Source: Zygnema circumcarinatum SAG 698-1b
Lineage: Eukaryota > Plantae > Zygnematophyceae
Reading direction: 5' to 3'
NCBI GenBank assembly: GCA_037447605.1
Contig: CM074816.1
Span: 1,131,873-1,195,872 of the forward strand
Length of the DNA stretch: 64,000 bases
Part shown: positions 36,201 to 47,248 of the stretch, piece by piece
Layout: each line of letters opens with the position of its first letter
Numbering within the stretch: position 1 is the stretch's first letter
Notes under the pieces: generated by a model
Databases searched by the model: none
Told to the model about the DNA's origin: nothing
Seen by the model: the letters and a program-made list of their open reading frames with translations, nothing else
Made by a program: the position numbers and the translations under genes

Positions 36201-39200
36201 ATTAAATCCTTACTTCTACTGTTGTTGCGGAAGCATGGGGAATGATCATGGTGCGGGAAAGCACATTTTGAAGAACCCTAGAATCCCTCATAGCCAAATT
36301 GACACCAGTATACACAAAGTCAAGCAATTAGAACATGTGCCCTTATTTCCGTTACAGTCTATATGATGCTTAGATTGTTCCAGCAGTGCGTGTCCGTTTC
36401 TCCCTTCCTCTTCCACTTCCTCCTTATAGCTCTGCCTTTTCCTGTTTCAGCGTCACCTTCCAACCCGCATGCACTGCTTATATTCTTTTTACAAGTAGCC
36501 CTTCCTCACCATCCCCCTTGCGCTCCCACTTTTCTAAATTTACATCATACTACTCCCCGTACTCCTCTCACTCCCACTCTCTCTCACACTCTCTCTCTCT
36601 CTATGTCTCCCTCTCTCTCACTCCCTCTCTATGTCTCCCTCTCTCTCCCTCCCTCCCCCTCCCCTCCCCTCTCGGCCGCCTCTTTCTGGACTTCCCTCCC
36701 TTCCTATCTTCCTTCCTACCTTCCCACCTCTTCCTCCTGACCTCCTCCCACTGTCCGTCGCCACCCTGTCTCCTTCCTTCCTCCCTGCCGTCTCCCTACT
36801 GTCTCCGCCCCGTCTCACTCCCATCCCCCCCTCTCATCCCCTCCCGTCTCCCTCCCTCCCTCTCTCCCGCCCTCCCTCCCTCCCTGCAGCACTGGACAGG
36901 CCGAGGGCCGGTTCTCCGACTGCATCCTGAACCCCGTGTTCACCTGCCCCGACCCCATCCGCGGCGGCAACAACGTCCTTGTTCTCTGCGAGGTCCTGAA
37001 CCCTGACTCGACCCCCCACGAGACCAACACTCGCCGGCTCATTGCGGACCTTCTCTCGCCGGAAGTGCTCGCGGAGGAGACTCTCTTCGGGTTCGAGCAG
37101 GAGTACACAATGTTCAGCAAGAAGGGGCAGGTGTACGGATGGCCCGAGGCGGGATACCCGCACCCACAGGTAAAAAGGTTGGGGGATAGTGGTTGGTTGG
37201 GCTTGGGTGGGAGATGGGGATGGGGTTTTAATGAATGGGTTGGTTTTCTGTTTAAGGATTTGGATATGGTTTTTTTGATGGTGGTGTCTGTGGCTTTTTT
37301 TTCTGATTGGCAGGGGCCCTTCTACTGCGGGGTTGGTTTGGAGTCTGTGTATGGACGCCCTTTGGTTGAAGCACACATGGATGCCTGCATTAAGGTACTG
37401 TGGCTGCGCTCTCTTTCTCCCTCTCCCTCCCTCCCTCGCGCTCTCTCTCTCTCTCTCCCTCTCTCTGAGTCTCCCCCTCACTACCCCCAACTTTCCCCCT
37501 CCCTCCCCTTTTTCATGTCCCTTCCACGCAGGAATGTGAGTCCGACTTTGTAGACATTCGTCACTGGTTCATGATCTTCTTCTTACGTAAAACACCTCTG
37601 AAAATTTGACGTTGTTCTCTTGTGAATAAGATAATTTGTATAGTTTTGCCAGGTCATGTCAGACAGCACAGTTCTTTTTTTAGGTGAAAGGACATGGGAC
37701 TCTCAGTCTTTGTTAGGAAGACGAATGTTGGTTAGGAAAGGTGAAGATTTTGCAATGTATTACCCAGTTTTTTAAGGCACTAGAACAAAAAAGATTTCCT
37801 GCAGAAAATATTTCTGCGAGGTGAATTTCATAGCTTTAGCACACCTCGTTCCAGCCACAAATTGATATATTTGTCGTCGTTATGTGATACTTAGTAGTTC
37901 ATTTTATGTCACCTCAATATATGTCGAACTATTCTCATACAAGTTATGAGCCACATTAGTTATCCGGAAGGACAATATCGCGTGCACTCTCCTTTCTACC
38001 TTATCAATTTTTCGGGATAGGATGCAAGTCATACCCGCATCTGATGTCAGAAGGGAGCATTTGAGTGGTGCAGGCGAACCTGAAGATCAGTGGAGTGAAC
38101 GCGGAGGTGATGCCCGGCCAATGGGAGTTCCAAATTGGCCCGGCCGGCCCCCTCGAAGTGGGCGACCATGTCATGATTGCGCGATGGCTGCTGCACAGGT
38201 TAGCCTCCCTCTCTCTCTCTCTCTCCCACTCTCTCCCTCTCTCTCGCTTTCTCGCTCTCTCTCTCTCTATCTCTCTCTTTCCCTCTCTCCCACTCCACAA
38301 GTTTTGACTGTTGAAAGTTGCAATCAAGCTGAGATCGTCTCTTGGAATGCAGGTTGGGTGAGGATTTCGGCATCATTTCCACTTTCGAGCCTAAGCCGAT
38401 GGAGGGCGACTGGAACGGAACTGGAGCACACACTAACTACTCCACCAAGTCCATGAGGGAAGACGGCGGAATTAAGGTGCACACCAACCCTCTCTTCTCC
38501 TCTTCCTCTCCCCCCTACCCCTCTACCTGAACCCCCGTTTCTCCCTCCTTCGCCATCACCTCTCCCTCCTTTCCCTCTCTTCTCTGCCTCCCTCTCCTAC
38601 GCCCTTCCCGTTTCCTTTCCCTCCCTCGTGCCTATCGCCAGGGGTTGATGACCATTAGTGCTAACTGAAAGACATGGAAAGGAAGTGATTCTGAAAACGG
38701 TTGACTGGCGTAGTTGGGTTGTTCATCGTTTCCTAGTCTAGTCTAGTCGTAAGCCTGCCAGCTTGAGTACTGGCATGGGTTGACCTTCTCATCAGTCTGA
38801 TTTGTCATATTATGGATTCTTCGTGCTGGACAGGCCATTGAAGCTGCCATTGAGAAGTTGTCCAAGAAGCACCAGGAGCACATTTCAGTGTACGGAATTG
38901 GAAATGAGAAGAGACTGACGGGCAAGCACGAGACTGCCAGCATCGACACCTTCAAGTGAGTAGAGAACTTCTCCCTCTCTCTCTACAACTTCCTTCCTCT
39001 TCAGTTGTCTTGCAGTATGCATGCCTGCATTTTTTCTTCTTAGAAGCGGCGAGCATTCAACATAAACTTCAAGTGAGTAATTGTAATTGGCCTATCCCAT
39101 CTGCTCTCACATTCTGTAGATCGTGAATGTGTGCTTTTTAAAGCCTTAGCAGAGGTGCTGCCCTTCACTAAACCATTGAACCCCTGTCACAAAGAGTGAA

Positions 39201-39470
39201 TTCCTGAATGGCAGATGTCACAAACCACCACATCTCCTGAGGCTTCCATGTGCCCTTTGAAAATGAAATCCCAAAATTGTCCTTACTCTTCTGACACATT
39301 GTTCACTACCCTTCTTTTGCAGGTCGGGCGTGGCTGACCGTGGTGCCTCTATCCGCATCCCTCTCCCTGTGAGTCTGGCCGGGAAGGGCTACTTGGAGGA
39401 CCGCCGGCCTGCAGCCAATGTGGACCCCTACGTGGTGACCCGTATGCTCATTAAGACCACCCTCTGCTAA
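33290..39470 (+). CDS. Glutamine synthetase, GSIIB type, with transit peptide, 9 exons
   Basis: Exons 33290-33391, 33671-33757, 35785-35960, 36890-37169, 37314-37394, 38074-38198, 38353-38476, 38834-38955 and 39323-39470. Motifs: [114 protein letters not shown]. Confidence 0.97.
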
Positions 39471-40544
39471 CTGCATGCATGTGGGCTTCACTGAATGAAG
39501 GAACGAATGAGAGAAGGAATAAAAGAGGACAAATTGAAGCACTGTCAAACCGAACTTAAGGAATGAGCTAGAGTTAGGTTGAAGGGTACCGGTTGGACCC
39601 TAAATGAGAGTAGGAGAAAGCAACGAGCAGGGGAGAGAGGGGGTAAGAGAGACGGGGATGTACGGGTTGAGGGCTCAGAGGTAGAATTTGGGCCCGCTTG
39701 AAGGCGGATATCCGGTTGTTAGAGGAAGGAAACTTATTGTCTAATGTTAGTCCTCAGGCAGAAAAGAAAACGTCGGAACCCTTTTCTTCTGCTTTTTTGG
39801 TTGACAGAAGATGGAAATGAGAAGAAGTGTTTGAGGAATTGCTGGCTGTTCGGATTGCTTTTGAGTGGGTGGGAAGGGCTAGGACGAGGGAAGGGAAGCA
39901 GCAAGAGGAAGATGACGAGGAAAGTGAGGGGAAGAGGGAGAGAGAGGGGGAAGGGCATGGAGAATGGGAGAAAGGGAGAGGGAGATGTAGAGGTTAAAGA
40001 GACCTACTCTCTCCCGTAGAACTTTTTAAACTTTTTCTTTTCCTGCCACATGTTCTACATCGACGTGTTGGAAGTACTACCGTGTCCACTTGCCGCATCC
40101 ATACGTTATAATTCCAATAGGAACGCAGGATGGAGGGAGAGAGGGATTTCCTTCTCAAGTTTTCTTGCAGGCGTGGCGAGCCAACATTGACAAAATGCTT
40201 CAAATTAAACCAAACTAAACCAGATCACAGGCTGAGTTCAGTTACAGTCAGGTATTTGTTTACAAAAAAGGATACGATATACCGCAACACAGACATTGTA
40301 AGGTCGCAAAACTTCCTCCAGCGATATCGAAACGATACACCTCGACTCTATTCATGCGCCCCTTCAGCCCTCCTCTTTCCCTCCTATTTTCTGCTCAAGA
40401 ACAAAGCTACAACCAAAAAAGGGAGCGAGGAACTATTACCATCAGCTGTAGACTTCCTGTACTCCGACTAGCTAACAACACGAGCATGTGATCTATGTTT
40501 CCCGTTCAACCTACGGAGAACTGCTTCCATGTCTCGTCTCCATG

Positions 40545-43500
40545 TCAACAAACGTGTTCTTTGTGCCAGTTCCATGCGTGACGGAGCGCATCACGGAGGT
40601 CGGTAAATTGCGGTTCCCATTTCAGCTCCCTCTTGATTTTGCTCGGGTCGCACCAAATTGCAGCGGCATCTCCCGGCCTTGCCTCGCTCACTTCTTCCAC
40701 CTTCAAAAAGAAAAAAAAAACAGCCGAATGGGAGAAATGGACCAATCTTAAAAAAAATAACATTCATACCTCCATAAATTGCTTAATTTTTAAAAGTGGT
40801 GCTGATTTTTTCCACGAGCCATTACCTCGACGGGCTGCTCGCAGACCTCCTTGAAGGCGTTCACAAATTCGCGCACCGAGGACCCTGCGCCGATTCCAAA
40901 GCACCACTTCTTAAAACCCTAAAAAACCTAAAAACCCTAAAACCCTGACACATCTTGCGCACTTTCCAGTGTACATCGTTCCTCAATAAAGCCCAATTAA
41001 ACTACCAAATGCTTGCAAGAAAGAAGCACGCATGCAAGTAAAGGATCAACTTGAATGTAAAGAAAATGTCATTGAACTCACGATGGCGAGGCCATCAAAT
41101 GTACATAGACAAAAGCAGCATCATGGGAAACCACGAGGAATTGGTCGCAAAGGACCCAAGCACAAACTTGAAGCCTTTGTACCTTTCCCCGTGCCGACAT
41201 TGTACACGCGGAAGTCCCCCTCCTTGAGGGCCTCCATGGCGGCGAGATGCGCGTTGACCAGGTCAACCACGTGGATGTAATCGCGCACGCACGTGCCATC
41301 TGGCGTCGCGTGATTGGTCCCCAAAATCTGCTTCACCAAAAGTTGACTAGAAGCTGACTAAAAATTGACTAATCTCTTAAGATGCACCATAAGCTTCCCA
41401 AAAATCTTGAAAAAAGAAATCGTTCTTACGAAATGGAGGGGGAGACACGAGGGAAGGGAGGGACTTTGCAGGGAAGGAGGATCGAACCCTCGATCTCTCA
41501 TTTGTTTAGGGGTTAAAACGAATTAATTACTTTTATGGACGGCAATTTTCCTGTGGCTGCTTCAAAGCAGGCGGTGCTGATCCGGCCGAAACTTCCGCGA
41601 AGTTCTTTCGGCGGAGACTCTCCGATTCGGCCCTCGGGGTCCGCACCAATCACATTGAAGTACCTGAAAATATATTTTATAAATATAAATTTTTAGTCCA
41701 AGCAAATGGAAAAGAAAGTGGGAGGAACTGAGAACCATGGATTTTACAGAAAAGGAAAAAAAACAATGAGGGCGGGGGGAGAGATTAATATGGGCTAAAT
41801 TTGCAAACTTTATGGGAGGAGTAAAAATTTCACCTTAAAACGACCGCTGAAAATTTAGGGTTTGCGCGCACCACATCGTGAATTATTTCTTCAGCCATGA
41901 GCTTCGACCTTCCGTAAGGATTTATTGGGGCCTGAAAAATGACGGGTGCAAATGGGGTAGAAGAGAAGGGCCGATCAGAAAGGGGAACAAAATAGCATTT
42001 CCTTGCTATATTTTTGTTGAGGACGGGGCGAGGAAAAAGTGAAGTGGGAAGGGTGGAAGGTGCGGGGAAAGGGAGACAAGAAAGAGGGAGCGAATGGGAG
42101 AGGGGGAGAGGGCAAGAGGGAGAGGGAAAGAGACGGAAGGAAGTTAATGAAGAGGGGCACAGCGTGGGAGAATGTGGGAGAGAGTTGAGTCAAGAGGCAT
42201 GCTGAGAGCAGGAAACGAATGGAGAGAGTGAGAGAGGGAAAGAGGGAAAGCGGGAGAAGTAGAGACAGAACGCGAGAGGAAACTGTGTAGTAGCATTCAC
42301 AAACTCGACTTTTCAATCCTTTTCAAGAAAAAGATGGAACCTCCCCCCTCCCCCCTCCCCCCTCCCTCCTCCCACCGCCGGCATCTCCTCCTTGACGGGC
42401 ACTTCCCGCGGGTCGCCGTAGACCGCGCACGTGCTGCTGAACACGAGCCTTGTCACGTCACGCCTCAACATCGCCTCCATCAGCTGAACCGTGTTCAGCA
42501 CGTTCTCTTTATAATACCTGCGTCCCCGCACGTGCGGGTAAGTCCCCTCCCTCTCTCCCCTTTCTTCCTTACCCCCTCCCTCCCTTCGACTTTTCAACCT
42601 CTCCTACCTCACGGTCTCCCCCTCCCTCCCGCCTCCATCTCTCCCTCTCCTCTCCATCCCCACCGTCTCTCCTCCTCCTTCCCTTCCCTTTCCTCCCCCC
42701 CCCCTTTGAGAGAAATAAATATCAACGGTGGGGAAGGCTCTTTCAAGCCAGTGTGAAAGATTTCTAAATTCTCCCTCCCTCTCCCTACTCCCTCCTATCC
42801 CTTACTCCCTACCTCCCCTCCCTTCCCCTCTCTGTGCCCACACTTCCGTCCTCCCTCTCCCTCCCTCCCTCTCCCTCCCTCCCTCCCTTTTTTTTTCTCA
42901 CTTGAGAGGATGCTTCACGCTCTCACTGACGGAGGCGAGCGCCGCAAAATGCATTACGGCGTCAAATTTGTTCTCCTTAAAAAGTTTTTCAACCTGCCCG
43001 AAGTAGCTAAGGTTCACTCCTTTAAGATTAAAAGGAAAAAAAGCCAAAAAATACTTTTTCTGTAACCTAAAACGAAAAAGTCTTTAACTCTGCTCCCTTT
43101 GACAACTTCAGATTAAAGGGTTTATGTACTTTTGCGGAAATTTCGGTTTCCTATTTTGGCATTTTTTTTTTTAAATTGGGAATTCAAAATATGCGGAAGG
43201 ATACTGCCTCTTTATTTCCTAAATCCGCGAAAACAAATTCGAAATCTTCGACCCTCGCCGCCGCCTGCAGGGCCTCGACGGCTCTCAGGCTGCCACGTGT
43301 CAGGTTGTCCTACGAAGATGCCACGTGGCGCACATGCAGACAAAAAGAAGTACGGAGAATCATGTTTTACTATTGTGCATATCAGAGCTCGTTTATTTTT
43401 TGAACATTGCGGGAGGAAAAATGGAGAGAGAACGAAAGAAGAGAGGTATAGAGAGGGAGAGGGAGAGGGTCGGAGAGAAGAGAGAGTGAAAGGGAGAAAG

Positions 43501-43734
43501 TTAGAGAGGGAAAAAGAACGAGATAGAAAGATACAAGGGGAGAGAGAGGGGAGTCTACAGGGAGAGAAGGAAAAAGAGATAGTCGTAGAGAGGAGAGGGA
43601 GAGAGAGAGAAAGAGAGAGAGAGAGAGGGAGAGAGAGAGAGGGGGGAGAGAGAGGGGTCTGGGGGACGAGCGAGAGAGAGAGAGGGAGAGAGAGAGAGTG
43701 GGGGAGAGAGGGAGAGAGAGGGGTCTGGGGGACG

Positions 43735-43781
<47 letters not shown>

Positions 43782-44901
43782 TACCACAACGGTAACTTGA
43801 TGGCCCGATTGGAGGAGCCGCAGAGCGGCGTGAGAACCAATGTAGCCTGCGCCGCCCTGCGCACAAAACGACAAAACGGAAACCAAACTGAGGCTCGCAC
43901 TGAAGGGAGGGAGGGAGGGAGGCTAAGACACTGACTCGAATAAAACGGGAAAGAGAGTGAGAGAGAGGGAGAGACCCAGAGGGAGAGACAGAGAGAGAGA
44001 GGGAGCGAGAGAGAGAGGGAGAGAACCAGATGGAGAGACAGAGAGAGAGAGACAGAGGGGGAGAGAGAGGGAGAGGCCCAGAGGGAGAGAGAGAGAGAGG
44101 GAGAGAGAGAGAGGGAGAGACCCAGATGGAGAAACAGAGAGAGAGACAGAGGGAGAGGGAGTGGGAGAGCCCCAGAGGGAGAGACAGAGAGAGAGACAGA
44201 CGGAGAGAGGGAGGGAGAGACCCAGAGGGAGAGACAGAAAGAGAGAGACAGAGGGAGAGAGAATGGAAGAGAGAAAGTATTGCAGGCTTAAAGGGAGAAA
44301 GAATTCTAGCTATTTCACTCTTTTTTTTAAATAATCAACCTTGCGCCTTTTATTTTGCTGCGCTTTCACTTGAGGCGGAGGGTGAACCAATTCAAAAAAA
44401 TAACTATTCAAAAAACTAGCGACCAGAGAAATCAGGTTCGTGAAATGTGCGAAGAAAAAGAGGCGGATGAAAATAATGCAGCGGTGGGGCCCACCGTGAC
44501 AAGAACATGCAGTTTCTGGAGGGCGCCAATGGGGTCCTGCCAAGTGTCACATATGTAGTGCTGTCAAAAAAATTGTGACCGTCACCTCAAAAAAAAAAAC
44601 CACAGGAAGTAAATTTTGTGCAATGATTCCCTTAAAAACAAAATATGAGAAATGTGAAATATTAATGCTGGGTTTTGGTCAGGCTAAACAAATTGAAGGA
44701 TGAAATGAAACTTTTCGAACAATTTTAACTTTATGTGAAGAGGAAATCCTTTTCTAGAAAATATTTCAAGGGGCATGTTCGAAATATTTTATGGTGGAAA
44801 CGATTAGAATCTAAATTAATCATGGTTCAAAATTTTTTATTTGTTGGAGTTGGTGCGGGCGGACAGTTCACCGCGGAAGGGGGGGCCGGCGCAGCGGCCA
44901 T
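40545..44901 (-). CDS. MUR4-like UDP-arabinose/UDP-xylose 4-epimerase (extended SDR), ~11 exons, no N-terminal membrane anchor in the model
   Basis: Exons include 44901-44872, 44515-44495, 43856-43785, 43309-43205 and 42993-42902, plus six more between ~42520 and 40545. Motifs: [97 protein letters not shown]. The 3' end (KEHVC*) is tentative. Confidence 0.9.
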
Positions 44902-45074
44902 GGGAGGGAGGCAGGGAGAGAGAGAGAGAGAGAGAAAAAAGATAGGGAAAAATAGGAAACGAGGGAGAGACAGAAGCGAGAGAGAGGGAGAGGGAGCGGA
45001 GGGAGAAGAAGCGAGCGAGTCGGAGAGGGAAGATGTGAGAGAGAGAGACGAATAAGGGGACGAATAAGAACCGC

Positions 45075-45112
<38 letters not shown>

Positions 45113-45151
45113 GGAAAGAGAGGGAGAGAGAGTTGGGGAGTGAGAGACACG

Positions 45152-45187
<36 letters not shown>

Positions 45188-45695
45188 GGGAGAGAGAGGG
45201 AGAGAGAGTTGGGGAGTGAGCGACACGGGGGGGGGAGAGAGCGAGAGAGAGAGAGAGAGAGGGGTAGGGGCGGGAGTCGTCGGAGGCCGAGAGAGAGACG
45301 GGCTTTGTCGGTTCGTGGCGTGTGTCCAAAAGCAGCGAATGGTATGGCACCACGCGACTGCCACGTGGATGACACGTCGGCATCACATTGGACCAGTCGG
45401 CCGGCCGGCGAGAATCGAGGTCGGCCGGTACTCGTACGTGAACCGTACGAACGACTGTACGGCAACGGTACATTTGTACGTTCTTGTTTTGTCGTTTTGT
45501 GGGCCTGTCGTCCTAGACGCTCCATGTTGACATAGGCATGGACATGTGAAGGGCAATCACAATGATTCGTACGGATTTTTAAGTTGACGTTTCAGCACAT
45601 ACAATGAACATCAAGGACATAGAAACCAGGTCACTATAAAGAATGTTTTTTTTATTTTCATTTTTACTTTTGGGGGGGGGGGGGGGGGGGGTAAA

Positions 45696-45705
45696 NNNNN
45701 NNNNN
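45696..45705. other. Assembly gap (10 N)
   Basis: A run of N flanked by poly-G. Confidence 1.
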
Positions 45706-45996
45706 GGGTAAAGAGACTTGAAGGTTAATCCAAAAGTTTCTAAGAAACATCGCAAATCGCCAAGTCCAAAGATACCTTCAATCTGCCAACAAAGGAGGCA
45801 AATTTTTTTTTTTGTTGGCCAACATTGTCCAGGGGCTGAAAATGACCGCACACGGCCTAAGCGAGGACCGGATACATGCAAATTTTGAGCTAGAAAACAG
45901 GCGCATCCCGTACGGACAGCCTCCACGGACATTGTTATGCACCGGCTTCACAATTAAGGGGTATGGCCGAAAGGTCCAAATAAGGAGGAATCTAGG

Positions 45997-46149
45997 AGAA
46001 TGATACTGCACCCCCTATTTTGGGCATTGCCCTCCCATTTTGGTTATCCCGCCCCCCTGTTTTGGATATTTCAACCCTATTTTGGATATTCCACCCAAAG
46101 GGGGTTGGGATATCCAAAATGGGGGGGGGGGGGGTTGCAGTGTCATTCT
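45997..46149. mobile_element. Candidate MITE-like element, ~150 bp, imperfect terminal inverted repeats
   Basis: The left end AGAATGATACTGCACCCCCTATTTTGG matches the reverse complement of the right end CCAAAATG(G)nTTGCAGTGTCATTCT. The interior has several CCC..TTTTGG(A/T)TAT subterminal repeats. No clear TSD. Confidence 0.45.
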
Positions 46150-47248
46150 ACGGAATCTAAGGGGATTCAACGCACATGGTTGTCGCGTGCTTGAAAGCGC
46201 CAATCATGTAGCGACGTCGCATTATGGCCGATATGCTCGGTACGCCGATACTGAGAGGCCATCTCACAATGTTCACCCCCCTTCCCCTCCAGCGTTGGTG
46301 GCGGGCAGAGGTAGGGAGCTCCAGTGCTGCAGTAGTGGTAGTAGTAGTAGCAGCTGCAGTAGTTTTTTTTTTTGTAGTTTATCTCTCTTTACTACAGTCC
46401 GAGTTTTATGAAGAGGGGTTGAGCCAGAACAAGGGCTCTTATTTTTTTCGTTTTTTGGGTCGGCGACATTCGAAAAACTTCTTCTCAGATACTCTCAAAA
46501 GCATGCCAATCAATCGCGCAGAACAACCATGATAAGAAGGGAAACAAAAGCCCATCCTCCCCCCTCCCCCTCCCCTTTCCCACTCCCCTGCCACTGCCAC
46601 TTTCAAATCGACATGCCCACTCTCTCCCCACTTAAAGGTAACTCGAGTGTGTATTTCTCCTTCCTCTCAAGTACAGAGTACGTCACAAGAAGCCAAGAAT
46701 CCCTTCGCTGCTTTAACTTAGCCCCACCCCCCCCTCCCTCAAGCGTGTGAGCATCACATGCTTCCCTTCAAAGTCAACGAATCCACAGTGGGAGAAAAAG
46801 CTCCCTTAAATCCAGATTCCCCAGTACACCTTAATTCCCTGAACCCTAATTCCATGTTCAATACCTGCTACACTTTTCACTTGGCCGGTCACTTTTCGAA
46901 CTACAAAATGGCATCCTCTAGGATTCCTCCTAGTCAAAGAATTATGCACTCTGCTCTACCACCCTCCACGCCTCTCTCTTCCTTTCCAACTCTCCGTCCA
47001 TCCTTCCAAAACAAACCCAAAAAAAAAGGGCTGTCCCCACACCCTCCAAATGGGCTCTCCCTCTCCCACCCCCTCTCCCTCCACATCTCTCTGCATCCCC
47101 ACCCATTCTCTGCTTTCTCTCTCTCTATCGCACGCAGCCTCGAACACTTCCACTCTCCATCCGAAGGTCCAGAATTCAAAGTACGCGTCTTCCTCTCTCT
47201 CTCTCTCTCTGTCTCTCTCTCCCGCAGCCTCCAACGCTCTCCCACTTT

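Noticed and set aside
39038-39078. Second CTTCAA|GTGAGTA donor resembling the end of GS exon 8 (possible alternative exon)
   Set aside because: The AG-GT bounded segment is 29 nt and would shift the frame; there is no evidence that it is used.
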